Source: Coraliomargaritaceae bacterium
Lineage (GTDB): Bacteria > Verrucomicrobiota > Verrucomicrobiia > Opitutales > Coraliomargaritaceae
DNA length: 64,000 nucleotides
Direction: 5' to 3'
NCBI GenBank assembly: GCA_965656495.1
Contig: CBFHKU010000009.1
Span: 1 to 64,000, forward strand
Below are positions 45,494 to 55,372 of the stretch, one piece after another; the first letter of the stretch is position 1; each line of letters starts with the position of its first letter. The notes beneath the pieces are model-generated. The model saw only the letters and a list, made by a program, of their open reading frames with translations, searched no databases and had not been told where the DNA came from. The translations under genes and the position numbers were made by a program.

Positions 45494-45611
45494 GGAGTGA
45501 TTTTTCTTGATTGGCGAAGGCACCGCTAGAATTTGGTATTATTTATACGGGTTTTTCGCCCCGCTTCTGAAAAATGTTTGCAATCTCACTCATTTTTGAA
45601 ATCGTTACAAT

Positions 45612-45809
45612 ATGCTAAAGCATAATGAATTTAACGTTAAAAAAAGCGCAGGCTTTGCTCTGATCGAGATTTTAATCATCTTTGTTATCGTTGTTTTGCT
45701 CGCGGTAATGACTGTTCCCGTGTTCAAAAAAATGAACGAAATGACTAAGGATGATGCCAACGCGAGCGCAACGCCCGTTCCAATTGAAGAACAGGGCATG
45801 CCGGAGTGA
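45612..45809 (+). CDS. Very short type IV pilin-like protein (prepilin N-methylation motif)
   Basis: KKSAG|FALIE cleavage site with E5, hydrophobic helix, P22; 65-aa precursor. Confidence 0.8.
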   Translation: MLKHNEFNVKKSAGFALIEILIIFVIVVLLAVMTVPVFKKMNEMTKDDANASATPVPIEEQGMPE

Positions 45810-45812
45810 TTG

Positions 45813-47285
45813 CTAGGTCTCTTTGAGAAATGCAACAAGACGCTTGGCTGTGAGTTTTCCAATTCCCGGAACTTCGCAAAATTCCGCGATGGAGGCCTCG
45901 CGCATTTTGGGTAGCGAGCCGAAATGAGCCAACAGGGCGTGGCGTTTGGCCTGACCCAGCCCCTTGAAATCCTCAAGGATGGATTCGCGCAGTCGCTGAC
46001 TGCGTAATTCGGCATTAAAACTGTTGGCAAAATGATGCGCCTCATCCCGCAAATGTTGCAGGAGACGCAGAGCAGGATCGTGCGCTTCCAGATTGAGGGG
46101 GTCGCGTCCATCGCTAAAAAGAATGGTCTCATTTTTTTTGGCGAGCCCGATCAACGCAGGCGGTTCGATGCCTTGGTTCAGGAAAGCACGCATCGCGGCA
46201 CCGACCTGTCCCGCGCCCCCATCCACCACGATTAAGTCTGGAAAAGCGGCACCCTCGTCATGAAGACGGCGATAGCGTCGCCCCACCACTTCCTCCATCG
46301 CACGAAAATCATCGTTCCCGACAAAGGATTTTATCTTGTAGCGCCGGTATTGCTTGCGGTCGGGACGCCCCTTTTTAAAAGAAACCATCGAAGCCACGCA
46401 GAAACTGCCGGAGATATGCGAAATATCGAAGCACTCAATTTGGTCGGGTCGTTTCCGGAGGGCAAGTTGCTCCATCAGCAATTGGAGGGCCGCTTTGGGG
46501 TCGGATTGCCCCAGGAGGTTGCGCTCAAATTTTCGGGTTCGCTGCGCGGTTCGTTTGAGCGCCTCAATGCGATCCCGGAAGGCGGCGGCCTTTTCGTAGT
46601 TTCGTTCGCTGGCGGCGGCCTGCATTTGCTCCTGAAGTTCCCGAAGCCATTCTTTTGCCTTGCCCTCCAGAAACTCACAGGCCGCTTCCAGTCGTTGGTG
46701 GTAATCCGCTTCGCTTATCTCATTGGGGTGTCCGTAAATTTCTGCCCGGGCGTCATCGTAGAGACGCCACAATCCGTTGCCCAAATTGACCGGTTTGGCA
46801 TCCCCCAGTAGAATCCCGAATTTGCGCTGCAAGGCCGCAAGGGTTTGACGCAAATGACCCGAGTGTGCAAAGGGTCCAAAATGGCGCGAGTGCGCGTCGA
46901 TGCGGTTGCGCGTCAGTCGAAAACGGGGCAAGGCTTCGCGCAAATCAATCCGCACGAGCAGGAAACGTTTGTCGTCCGTGAAATCGGTATTGTAGCGCGG
47001 GCGGTATTTTTTGATGAGCTGGCCTTCGAGTAGGAGTGCCTCCGCTTCGGATTTAACCCGGATAATGTCAAAATCATGGATCAGTTCCAGCATCGCCCGT
47101 ATTTTGGGTTGCGCGACAACCAGCTTGCGGGATGCCTGGAAATAAGTGGAGACGCGTTTCTTGAGGTCTTTGGCTTTGCCAACATAAATCGTCTGCCCGA
47201 GGCGATCCTTCATTAGATAAACACCGGGTTGATGTGGCAGACGCCGCACTTTTTCTTTGAGATTTATCGGATCAGGCTCTGGCAT
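45813..47285 (-). CDS. uvrC: Excinuclease ABC subunit C
   Basis: GIY-YIG (PGVYLM..IYVGKAKDL), UVR domain, ECFDISH, VDGG.GQ, RDEAH, C-terminal HhH. Confidence 0.96.
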   Translation of the reverse strand: MPEPDPINLKEKVRRLPHQPGVYLMKDRLGQTIYVGKAKDLKKRVSTYFQASRKLVVAQPKIRAMLELIHDFDIIRVKSEAEALLLEGQLIKKYRPRYNTDFTDDKRFLLVRIDLREALPRFRLTRNRIDAHSRHFGPFAHSGHLRQTLAALQRKFGILLGDAKPVNLGNGLWRLYDDARAEIYGHPNEISEADYHQRLEAACEFLEGKAKEWLRELQEQMQAAASERNYEKAAAFRDRIEALKRTAQRTRKFERNLLGQSDPKAALQLLMEQLALRKRPDQIECFDISHISGSFCVASMVSFKKGRPDRKQYRRYKIKSFVGNDDFRAMEEVVGRRYRRLHDEGAAFPDLIVVDGGAGQVGAAMRAFLNQGIEPPALIGLAKKNETILFSDGRDPLNLEAHDPALRLLQHLRDEAHHFANSFNAELRSQRLRESILEDFKGLGQAKRHALLAHFGSLPKMREASIAEFCEVPGIGKLTAKRLVAFLKET

Positions 47286-47345
47286 TTAGGCAAAATTGAT
47301 GTAAGTTACTTAGATTAAGCAAACCCGATCCCTATTAATCAAGCC

Positions 47346-48590
47346 ATGTCATCTCGCGCAAAAGTAGAAATCATAAATTTTGGCGACGAGCTACTCGTTG
47401 GGATTCGCGCCAATTCACATTTGGAATACCTGGGTGCAGAATTGGCGCGTTATGGCTTGCCGGTACGCCGCGCGAGTGTGGTCTGCGATGCCCCGGAAGA
47501 AATAAGCGGTGCGATTAAAGCGGCACTGGCGCAGTCGGATTTGGTCATCACGACCGGCGGCTTGGGGCCTACCTCGGACGACCTGACCCGCGAAACGATT
47601 GCGGAAGCGCTGGGTGCCGCGCTGGTATATGACGCGGCGGTGGAAGCTGCCATCAGTGATTACTTTCGCGTGATCAATCGCCCGATGGCGGAGCATCACC
47701 GCAGGCAATGTTATGTTTTTGAGGGAGGTGAGGTCTTGCCAAATCGAAAAGGAACGGCACCCGGTTTGTATTACCGTACCCAAGGCAAAACCGTGGTCTT
47801 GCTCCCGGGGCCCACTCAGGAGTTGCGGCCCATGTTTGAGGAGGAAGTCATTCCGCGTTTGCGCCGCGATGGTTATTTGAGTGAAACGGCGGCGTACATT
47901 CAATTGCGTACCTGTGGCTGTGGGGAATCCAGTATCGAGGCGCGTATAAAGCCTATTGTGGAGGCCGAGCCGGATTTGCAGGTGGCGTATTGTGCGCATT
48001 ATGGAATCGTAGATGTCCGTTTGAGTAGCCGTGCGGGGCACTTGGACACCGCCGATCTGGAGCGAATTGCGCAGGCCGTCGCCTATGAATGCGGCGAGGA
48101 TTTCTTTTGTTACGGCGATGGTAGTCTTGCGGAGGTCGTTCACCGGAAGCTGCGCGAGACCAATGGAACACTGGCGGTTGCCGAATCCTGCACCGGTGGA
48201 ATGCTGAGTGATGCATTTACCAATATTTCAGGGGCATCCAAGACCTTCATCGGTGGCATTGTGTGCTACTCGAATGAAGTTAAAGTGAGCCAGGTCAATG
48301 TGCCGGAATCGATCTTATTGCAGCACGGGGCGGTGAGTCCGGAATGTGCGATTGCGATGGCGGCGGGCGTGGCGGAAAGCCTGAGCGCGCATCACGGCTT
48401 GAGCGTGACCGGTTTTGCGGGACCGGAGGGTGGCAATAAAAAGAATCCGGTCGGGACGATTCACCTGGGCTATCATTCCCCGGCGGGGGTTTGGTCGAAG
48501 ACGGTTCGCTACACCGGTGGGCGTCTGGATGTGAAGGCGCGGGCGGTGCATGCGGCGCTGGACTGGATGCGGCGCGAGTTGTTCAAGTAA
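47346..48590 (+). CDS. cinA: CinA family protein (MoCF-like domain + NMN deamidase PncC domain)
   Basis: GDELL.G, TGGLGPTSDDLT, GTAPG, LPGP, AESCTGG, GAVS, TGFAGP. Confidence 0.93.
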   Translation: MSSRAKVEIINFGDELLVGIRANSHLEYLGAELARYGLPVRRASVVCDAPEEISGAIKAALAQSDLVITTGGLGPTSDDLTRETIAEALGAALVYDAAVEAAISDYFRVINRPMAEHHRRQCYVFEGGEVLPNRKGTAPGLYYRTQGKTVVLLPGPTQELRPMFEEEVIPRLRRDGYLSETAAYIQLRTCGCGESSIEARIKPIVEAEPDLQVAYCAHYGIVDVRLSSRAGHLDTADLERIAQAVAYECGEDFFCYGDGSLAEVVHRKLRETNGTLAVAESCTGGMLSDAFTNISGASKTFIGGIVCYSNEVKVSQVNVPESILLQHGAVSPECAIAMAAGVAESLSAHHGLSVTGFAGPEGGNKKNPVGTIHLGYHSPAGVWSKTVRYTGGRLDVKARAVHAALDWMRRELFK

Positions 48591-48683
48591 AAGCCCGGGG
48601 AACCGCAGGCGTGCAGCGATTCCGAATCTGGGGGGTGATTTCTCGTTGCGCTGTGCGGTGCAGGGCGCAAAATTCCCTGAACT

Positions 48684-49781
48684 ATGCCGAATAAGCCCTT
48701 TACTTTTATTTGCGGAGATGACGACTACCTCGTCTCAGAGGAGGGCAGGGCTTGGTTTGCGGCGCAAACGGAAGGGCTGGCGGATGATCTCTCGAAAGAG
48801 GTGGTCGACGGTCGGGCAGCGAACGTCGCGGAGGTGGAAGATGCCTTGCAACGTTTCACCAGTGCGGTTCAGACCCTGTCCCTCTTTGGGGAGCGCAAGG
48901 TGGTTTGGTTGAAGGATGTCAATTTTATGGCGGACAGTGTGACGGGTCGGGCGCAGGGGACCTTGGATTTGTTGGAGGTTTTAAAGGCGGCCTTGGAGGG
49001 GCTGGACCCCGAGGCGGTCGGGGTTTTGATAACGGCCTATCCAGTGGACAAGCGTCGCAGTTTTTATAAGTGGGTTCAAAAGACGGCAGATTTCAAGGCG
49101 ATGGATGCGGGACGAGATGCGGCTCAGAGGTGTGCAGAATTGGTACGTACCAGTTGTGCGAAGAGCGGCATAAAAATAGAAGCGGGTGCGGTTGAAGTGC
49201 TGGTGGCAAAAGTGAACGGCAACACCCGCCTCTTGGTGGAGGAGTGTCGCAAGCTTTGCACCTATGTCGGCGATGGCGGTGGCCCCATCACAGAGCGGGA
49301 AGTGATGGAGCTCGTTCCGAATTTCGGAGAGGCTGATTTTTTTGAGGCGGCGGATGCTTTTTTCTCATTGGATTTGGAATGGACCCTGCAGGCGCTGCGG
49401 CGCCATTTCTTCACGAACAACGACGCTCGCGGGCTTTTGGGTAGTCTGCAGTCCCGGAATCGTTTATTGATTCAGTTGCGCGTTTTGTTGGATGCGGGGG
49501 CAATCCGTTTGGGCTCAAGGGGCTTGAACAAGCAAGATTTAGAGGGCGCGGCTAGGAGCTACGCTATGCATTTTGGTGATGTTGAAGAAAAGAGTAATTT
49601 GAATGTTTTCTCGCAGAATCCCTTTTATTTGGGACGGATGGCGGGAACGGTCGGCAAGGCACCGCTCAAGAAGTGGATTGATTTCCAGTTGGCGTTTTCG
49701 GAGGCCTTCGAAGCCATCATTCAGCGGCCCAACGAACAGGAAGAAGTGTGCCGTGAGTTGGTGGTCAAGTGCCTCAGTTAG
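48684..49781 (+). CDS. holA: DNA polymerase III subunit delta
   Basis: FICGDDDYL, TLSLFGERKVV, DKR, E..KL..Y pattern; 365 aa. Confidence 0.85.
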   Translation: MPNKPFTFICGDDDYLVSEEGRAWFAAQTEGLADDLSKEVVDGRAANVAEVEDALQRFTSAVQTLSLFGERKVVWLKDVNFMADSVTGRAQGTLDLLEVLKAALEGLDPEAVGVLITAYPVDKRRSFYKWVQKTADFKAMDAGRDAAQRCAELVRTSCAKSGIKIEAGAVEVLVAKVNGNTRLLVEECRKLCTYVGDGGGPITEREVMELVPNFGEADFFEAADAFFSLDLEWTLQALRRHFFTNNDARGLLGSLQSRNRLLIQLRVLLDAGAIRLGSRGLNKQDLEGAARSYAMHFGDVEEKSNLNVFSQNPFYLGRMAGTVGKAPLKKWIDFQLAFSEAFEAIIQRPNEQEEVCRELVVKCLS

Positions 49782-49863
49782 GGATGCGGCGATTCCGGGC
49801 GGGTTTTTTTCTAGCATGTTGCCGCAAAAGCATGCAATTTGAAGGTTTCTCAATTTACAGATC

Positions 49864-51288
49864 ATGGAAACCACGCCCAATGTCCTAGCTTCTCGATACG
49901 CCTCACCCGCAATGTGCGGTATTTGGAGTGCGGAGGGACGGGTATTGCTCGAGCGGGACTATTGGCTCGCAGTCTTGCGGGCGCAACGGGATCTCGGTCT
50001 GGACATTCCGGAGGGCGCGATTGAGGCCTATGAAGCGGTGAAGGAACAGGTGGATTTGGAATCCATCCAAGAACGGGAAGCCGTTACGCGTCACGATGTG
50101 AAGGCCCGGATTGAGGAATTTTGCGCTTTGGCGGGCTATGAGCACATCCACAAAGGTTTAACGAGTCGTGACCTGACAGAAAATGTGGAGCAACTCCAGA
50201 TTCTGCGCGGCTTGGAGTTGATACGTACCAAGACGATGGCAGTGCTCCTCAAATTAGCGGATCGTGCGGAGTCCTGGAAGGATCTCGTCATCACAGCGCG
50301 CACGCACAATGTGCCGGCGCAGCCCACCACTTTCGGTAAGCGCCTCGCGATGTTCGGGGAGGATTTACTCGGTGCGGCGCGTGAACTGGATCGTTTGATC
50401 GACACATATCCGGTGCGTGGACTGAAAGGCCCAGTCGGCACTCAAATGGATTTGTTAACGCTGTTTGAGGGGGATGCCGAAAAAGTAGGGGATTTGGAGG
50501 CGCGTATTCTGGATCATCTGGGAGTGGGCGCCTCGCTGGATACCTTGGGGCAGGTTTATCCGCGCGGGCTGGATTTTGAGGTGGTTTCTAATTTTGTTCG
50601 GCTTGCTTCGGGCCCCTCCAGTTTTGCAAAGACCCTGCGGATCATGGCGGGTCATGAACTTGCAAGCGAGGGCTTTGCAAAGGGACAGGTCGGTTCATCC
50701 GCGATGCCGCACAAGATGAACAGCCGCAGTTGTGAACGGCTGAATGGATTTGCGGCGATTCTGAAGGGGCATTTAACGATGGCGGCGGAATTGAGCGGGG
50801 ATCAATGGAATGAGGGCGATGTTTCGTGCTCGGTGGTGCGGCGTGTTTTTCTGCCGGATAGTTTCTTTGCGATTGATGGTTTATTGGAGACATTCTTGAC
50901 GATTCTGAATCAAATGGAGGTGTATCCCGCCGTGATTGATCAGGAAAATCAACGTTACGGTCCCTTCTTGGCAACGACCACGCTCTTGATGGAGGCGGTC
51001 AAGGCAGGTGCGGGTCGCGAAGCAGCCCACGAAGCGATCAAGACACATGCGGTGCAGGCGGTTCGGGATTTACGTGCCGGCAAGATTCTGAAAAACGATC
51101 TGGTGGAGCGCTTGGCAACGGACGGGCGCTTGGGCTTGCCGGAAGCTCAAATCAAGGAATTGGTGGAGCGCTCCCAAACCTTGACCGGTCAGGCGAAGCA
51201 ACAGGTGGAGGCTTTTTGCGCGGTGGTGCGTCAGGAGGCGGCGCATTTCCCGGAAGCGGCCAACTATCAACCCGGCGCGATTCTTTAA
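49864..51288 (+). CDS. purB: Adenylosuccinate lyase
   Basis: RYAS, RHDV, H.GLTSRD, RTH, GSSAMPHKMN. Confidence 0.97.
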   Translation: METTPNVLASRYASPAMCGIWSAEGRVLLERDYWLAVLRAQRDLGLDIPEGAIEAYEAVKEQVDLESIQEREAVTRHDVKARIEEFCALAGYEHIHKGLTSRDLTENVEQLQILRGLELIRTKTMAVLLKLADRAESWKDLVITARTHNVPAQPTTFGKRLAMFGEDLLGAARELDRLIDTYPVRGLKGPVGTQMDLLTLFEGDAEKVGDLEARILDHLGVGASLDTLGQVYPRGLDFEVVSNFVRLASGPSSFAKTLRIMAGHELASEGFAKGQVGSSAMPHKMNSRSCERLNGFAAILKGHLTMAAELSGDQWNEGDVSCSVVRRVFLPDSFFAIDGLLETFLTILNQMEVYPAVIDQENQRYGPFLATTTLLMEAVKAGAGREAAHEAIKTHAVQAVRDLRAGKILKNDLVERLATDGRLGLPEAQIKELVERSQTLTGQAKQQVEAFCAVVRQEAAHFPEAANYQPGAIL

Positions 51289-51350
51289 GGATTGCCATTC
51301 TGCAATCGCCATTTACACACAAACTGAACTTCTCAACAACCCAATCAAAC

Positions 51351-52613
51351 ATGTCAGAACAACTAACAGGCAACTGTCTGATCGCCCAATCGGGCGGTCC
51401 TACTTCCGTTATTAATTCCAGCCTCGCCGGTGCGATCACCGAGGCACTCAACCATGAGGCAATTGAGGAAATTTATGGCGGGCTGAACGGAATTTTGGGG
51501 ATTTTGAATGAAAACCTCATCGACCTCGCGGCAGAATCGCAGCAAAGCATCCGTGCCTTGCGCCATACCCCGGGGGCGGCCTTGGGCACCTGTCGCTTTA
51601 AGCTCAAGCGTCCGGAAGATTATGCCCGCGTGCTCGAGGTCTTTGAAGCACATAATATCCGCTATTTCTTTTATGCCGGTGGCAACGATTCTCAGGACAC
51701 TGCCGACAAAATATCGAAACTGGCAAAGGAACGCGGTTATGAACTCCGCGTGATCGGAATCCCTAAAACCATTGATAATGATCTCGTCACAACAGACCAC
51801 ACGCCCGGTTATGGCAGCGTGATCAAGCATGTTGCTACGACCGTTAAAGAAGTCGCCTGCGACAACGCCGGGATGGGTCAACACGACCTGGTGCAAGTGA
51901 TCGAGGTCATGGGCCGCAGCGCGGGCTGGATTGCTGCTGGCGCCGCACTTGCGAAGCGCCGTGATGACCCCACTGGTGCGCCGCATCTCATTTATCTGCC
52001 GGAGGTGGCTTTCAGTCCGGAGAAGTATATCGCGGATGTGCAGCGCGTGCTTCAAAAAGAGAATTATTGTGTGGTAGTTGTCGGTGAAGGTCTTCTCGAT
52101 AGCGATGGCAATTACATCTCAACCGATAGCACGGGATCTGACGCCTTCGGTCATTCCCAATTAGGCGGCGCGGGAGACTACTTGCGCAAGCTCGTCGAAG
52201 ATAATCTACAGATCAAGGCACGCTCCATCAAGCTCGGCATGGCGCAGCGCGCCGCCGCCAATTGCGCCTCGGCGGTGGACAATGACGAGGCATTCCTCGC
52301 AGGTCAGGCTGCGGTTCAAGCTGCGATCAACGGTGAGACCGATAAGATGGTCACCCTCCTGCGCGGCGAAGGTGAAACCTACACTTGCGAGACCGGTTTG
52401 GCGCCGCTTTCCGAAATTGCGAATGGAGTCAAGATGCTGCCTGAAAATTGGATCAATGAAGATGGGGTCAGCATGAGCTACCACTTCTATAAATATGCGC
52501 TTCCGCTGATTCAGGGAGAGGCGGCGATGCCCTTTGAAAATGGTGTGCCAGTTCACGCAAAATTGAATTGCGAAAGAGTGGAACGCCATCTTCCCCCGCA
52601 TAACTTCGAGTAA
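51351..52613 (+). CDS. 6-phosphofructokinase (PfkA superfamily, probably PPi-dependent)
   Basis: QSGGP, GGNDSQDT, PKTIDND, EVMGR.AGW, GH.QLGG; GGxDS and PKTIDND suggest PPi as donor. Confidence 0.92.
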   Translation: MSEQLTGNCLIAQSGGPTSVINSSLAGAITEALNHEAIEEIYGGLNGILGILNENLIDLAAESQQSIRALRHTPGAALGTCRFKLKRPEDYARVLEVFEAHNIRYFFYAGGNDSQDTADKISKLAKERGYELRVIGIPKTIDNDLVTTDHTPGYGSVIKHVATTVKEVACDNAGMGQHDLVQVIEVMGRSAGWIAAGAALAKRRDDPTGAPHLIYLPEVAFSPEKYIADVQRVLQKENYCVVVVGEGLLDSDGNYISTDSTGSDAFGHSQLGGAGDYLRKLVEDNLQIKARSIKLGMAQRAAANCASAVDNDEAFLAGQAAVQAAINGETDKMVTLLRGEGETYTCETGLAPLSEIANGVKMLPENWINEDGVSMSYHFYKYALPLIQGEAAMPFENGVPVHAKLNCERVERHLPPHNFE

Positions 52614-52638
52614 ACGCGGGCAAGCTTCGAATTTCTGG

Positions 52639-52668
52639 ATGCGCTCTCTGATCGGGGGCGCATTTTTT
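52639..52668 (+). terminator. Rho-independent terminator after pfk
   Basis: ATGCGCTCTC...GGGGGCGCAT hairpin followed by T run, between convergent genes. Confidence 0.65.
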
Positions 52669-53185
52669 ATACACCCAAAGTTTGGATGCAGCGAATCGCG
52701 GTCTGCAGGCGTTCCTCGGGGCTGCCACCAATCGGTGTGAATGGCAACTGCAAGGCCTCCAGTCGCAGCAGGAATTTTTGGTGGAGGGAATCGCGGGCCT
52801 CCGGACCTTCGCGTTGACCGTGGTCTGGCACCCATGGGAAATCCGGCAAACACAGCAGGTACAGGTCATAGTGGCGGGCATTAAACTGCGCCACCAGCCA
52901 ATCCAAATTTCCGCCGAAATAATGCTCCGCGTAGATTAAGTTGGAGAGCAGGTTGGTATCATGGATAACGAGTCCCTCATTGTTTGAGGGCCGGCCGGCA
53001 TCCTCGAGCGCGATTTGACCCTTGGCGATTCTTTCGAGGTCGGTGGCCTGGGGCGCACGCTGAGTCTCGTCGACAAAAGCTCGCACGTATTCCGTGCTGT
53101 GGGGCGCGTTGAAATGCCGCGCAAGTTCGCACGCCAGGGTGCTTTTTCCGGTCGATTCAGCGCCGGTTAGGACGACTCGTTTCAT
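52667..53185 (-). CDS. NadR-type ribosylnicotinamide kinase-like P-loop protein (AAA_28)
   Basis: GAESTGKSTL, EYVR, IAKGQ, DT, YDLYLL..PD.PWV.D..R; ATGA-coupled to pnuC. Confidence 0.88.
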   Translation of the reverse strand: MKRVVLTGAESTGKSTLACELARHFNAPHSTEYVRAFVDETQRAPQATDLERIAKGQIALEDAGRPSNNEGLVIHDTNLLSNLIYAEHYFGGNLDWLVAQFNARHYDLYLLCLPDFPWVPDHGQREGPEARDSLHQKFLLRLEALQLPFTPIGGSPEERLQTAIRCIQTLGV

Positions 53186-53784
53186 GCGCTTTCCGATTGT
53201 ATGGAGGTATTCCACTCGCGCCAGCCTTTGGTCGCAAGGGCTATGAACATGATAAACAAGGTGGCACTCACGTAGTAACCCTGTGCGGCCCAGAGGCCCA
53301 CAAAGATGCAGTCCGCCACAATCCAGAATATCCAGTTTTCAATATATTTGCGACTCAACATCCACTGCGCGACAAAGGCACAACTGGTCGCAAAGGCATC
53401 AAGATAGGGCAGGTAAGCCTCGCTGTAACGATCGAGCAGGCCGCCGAGAAAAAGGCTGAAGCAGGCAATGACGAGACCGCAGCGCAGCAATAATTTTCGG
53501 GGAGTCCGTTGAATGTGAACCTTGGGCTTGCTGGTTTGGCTGGCCTTGAGCCAGTTGGACCAACCGTAGAGTGAGATAAAAATAAAGACGGTGTTGAGGA
53601 GCAAGGTGGCAAGCAGGGCGGCCTCCCAACTGAGGTAAACGTAGGTTGCGTAGCAGAGAATGAAGAGCGGCCAAGCCAGAAGCTTCTCTTTGATGCTGAG
53701 ATAAACCCCGCTAACCCCCGTCAGCATTCCAAACCATTCTGCCGGAGGGACGGCTGCAAGCTGACTCCCAATATCCTGTAGCAT
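53182..53784 (-). CDS. pnuC: PnuC family nicotinamide riboside/vitamin transporter
   Basis: Multi-TM; YGW..W, PYLDAF, AQWM..RK..ENW..W...D. Confidence 0.93.
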   Translation of the reverse strand: MLQDIGSQLAAVPPAEWFGMLTGVSGVYLSIKEKLLAWPLFILCYATYVYLSWEAALLATLLLNTVFIFISLYGWSNWLKASQTSKPKVHIQRTPRKLLLRCGLVIACFSLFLGGLLDRYSEAYLPYLDAFATSCAFVAQWMLSRKYIENWIFWIVADCIFVGLWAAQGYYVSATLFIMFIALATKGWREWNTSIQSESA

Positions 53785-53796
53785 GCTCTCGGGAGG

Positions 53797-54096
53797 TTAA
53801 TCCGCGTCGATGATACGAACACGCTCCCAATAACTTGCAAAGCGTTCGAGGAAGGCCTTGTGCAAGGGGTCGACCTGATAGGCATCATGGGCGGCGAGAT
53901 CCGGCAGCAGAACCGTGAGGCAAAAGTCGTAGGAGCGGTCGATTACGGGCCGATCACCGGTTTGAGCGGGGGTTCCCAGATGAAGCGATGCGATCGACTC
54001 AATACCCTCAAGGCTTTTCAAGCCTTCGAGAAATTCGGCGCGTTCCTCGCTTTGGAGATCCTTGCGCAGCCAAAATATAACGGTGTGTACCAGCAT
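53797..54096 (-). CDS. Dabb family stress-responsive A/B barrel protein
   Basis: HTVIFWL, R.VID.SYD, YQ.DP.H..F. Confidence 0.9.
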   Translation of the reverse strand: MLVHTVIFWLRKDLQSEERAEFLEGLKSLEGIESIASLHLGTPAQTGDRPVIDRSYDFCLTVLLPDLAAHDAYQVDPLHKAFLERFASYWERVRIIDAD

Positions 54097-54108
54097 GACA
54101 GATGGGTG

Positions 54109-54717
54109 CTATGCAAGTTGAAGCGCGTTTTCAATGCAGGCTCTCAATTCATTGTGGTCATGCGCGACCTTGAGGTCCGGGCGTTCCTGAATCAAACGTT
54201 CAGGGGGGCAAAAGAGCGCCTTATGGTCGGCGGTTTCTATCATACTGAGGTCATTGTAGGAATCACCTGCCGCGAAGGTTTCAAAATTCAGGCCCTTAAA
54301 AGCTTCAACCGCCTTCCGTTTGTGGTCGGGCAAGCGGAGGCGATAGTCTGCGATGCGACCGTCCGTGGCGATTTCGAGTTCGTGGCAGAAAAGGGTGGGG
54401 TTCCCAAGTTTGGCCATGAGCGGTCCTGCAAATTGGCTAAAGGTGTCCGAAAGAATGACGAGCCGAGTTTGTGCCGAGACCCAGTTTACGAATTCGACCG
54501 CGCCGGGTAAGGGTTCCAGCGTGCCAATGACCGCTTCGATATCCTTTAGCTTGAAGCCTTCTTTGTCCAAAATATCGAGGCGATAGCGCATGAGGGTGTC
54601 ATAGCAGGGCTCATCGCGAGTGGTACGTTTGAGCGCCTCGATTCCTGTGGTTTCTGCAAAGGCAATCCAGATTTCAGGGATGAGCACTCCTTCTAAGTCA
54701 AGGCAAACAATATGCAT
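54109..54717 (-). CDS. thrH: Bifunctional phosphoserine phosphatase/homoserine phosphotransferase
   Basis: CLDLEGVL.PEIW, TTRD, ILSDTF, AAGDSYND; start at ATG 54717. Confidence 0.95.
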   Translation of the reverse strand: MHIVCLDLEGVLIPEIWIAFAETTGIEALKRTTRDEPCYDTLMRYRLDILDKEGFKLKDIEAVIGTLEPLPGAVEFVNWVSAQTRLVILSDTFSQFAGPLMAKLGNPTLFCHELEIATDGRIADYRLRLPDHKRKAVEAFKGLNFETFAAGDSYNDLSMIETADHKALFCPPERLIQERPDLKVAHDHNELRACIENALQLA

Positions 54718-54754
54718 GACTTCTAAAGCGTTGGAAAGTGGGCTTGAGTCAATC

Positions 54755-55318
54755 TCAATCCAGAGTGCGGACACTCAGTGGCGGGAAATTCATGAGGATG
54801 GCATCCACCACGGCCTGCGCCTGTATGGGGCTCAAGGCATTGCGCTCCAAGCGGCGGGTATGCACCCCGCGCCAGACCAGTTGGCCATTTTGCGTATCAA
54901 TCACATCGATCACGAGGGTTCCTTCTTCATATTTGTCGATGAAGAGGCGCCCATAGCTGTAATCCCCGAAATACGGTTCGCGTCCAAATGGTGCCGGCCC
55001 ATGACCTAGGTCATGAACTTCGGTGCGATCTTTAGTAACGGTATGGAAGTTGATACGGAAGTCAGCTGGTTTACTGCGTGCGTAACCTTTTGCCTCAAGG
55101 CTATTCCCGATGGCGTTTTGCACGCGCCGATCCACCAGCGGACTGAGGGCAATCGTGCCATAACCCGCTCGCTCTTCGCGCGTATCAATTTGAAAGGTGG
55201 TGTATGCCTTAATGCGATCGATTTGAGCGCGGTCAAAATCCACCGCTACGGGACTCTGGCAACCTGCGATTAGTAACACTGCTCCCAGTGGAAGCATTTT
55301 GAATAAATGGGTCTTCAT
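54755..55318 (-). CDS. DUF4136 domain lipoprotein
   Basis: Lipobox IAGC; YEEGTLVIDVID....LVWRG. Confidence 0.88.
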   Translation of the reverse strand: MKTHLFKMLPLGAVLLIAGCQSPVAVDFDRAQIDRIKAYTTFQIDTREERAGYGTIALSPLVDRRVQNAIGNSLEAKGYARSKPADFRINFHTVTKDRTEVHDLGHGPAPFGREPYFGDYSYGRLFIDKYEEGTLVIDVIDTQNGQLVWRGVHTRRLERNALSPIQAQAVVDAILMNFPPLSVRTLD

Positions 55319-55372
55319 GTTGAATAATATAAGTACTCAATCAAAAATGGCAAATCTTTGCTGATCCGGTGA

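Noticed and set aside
44860..45610. Diversity-generating retroelement target (C-terminal FGE/CLec fold)
   Set aside because: No reverse transcriptase and no template repeat matching the 3' end of the gene in the window.
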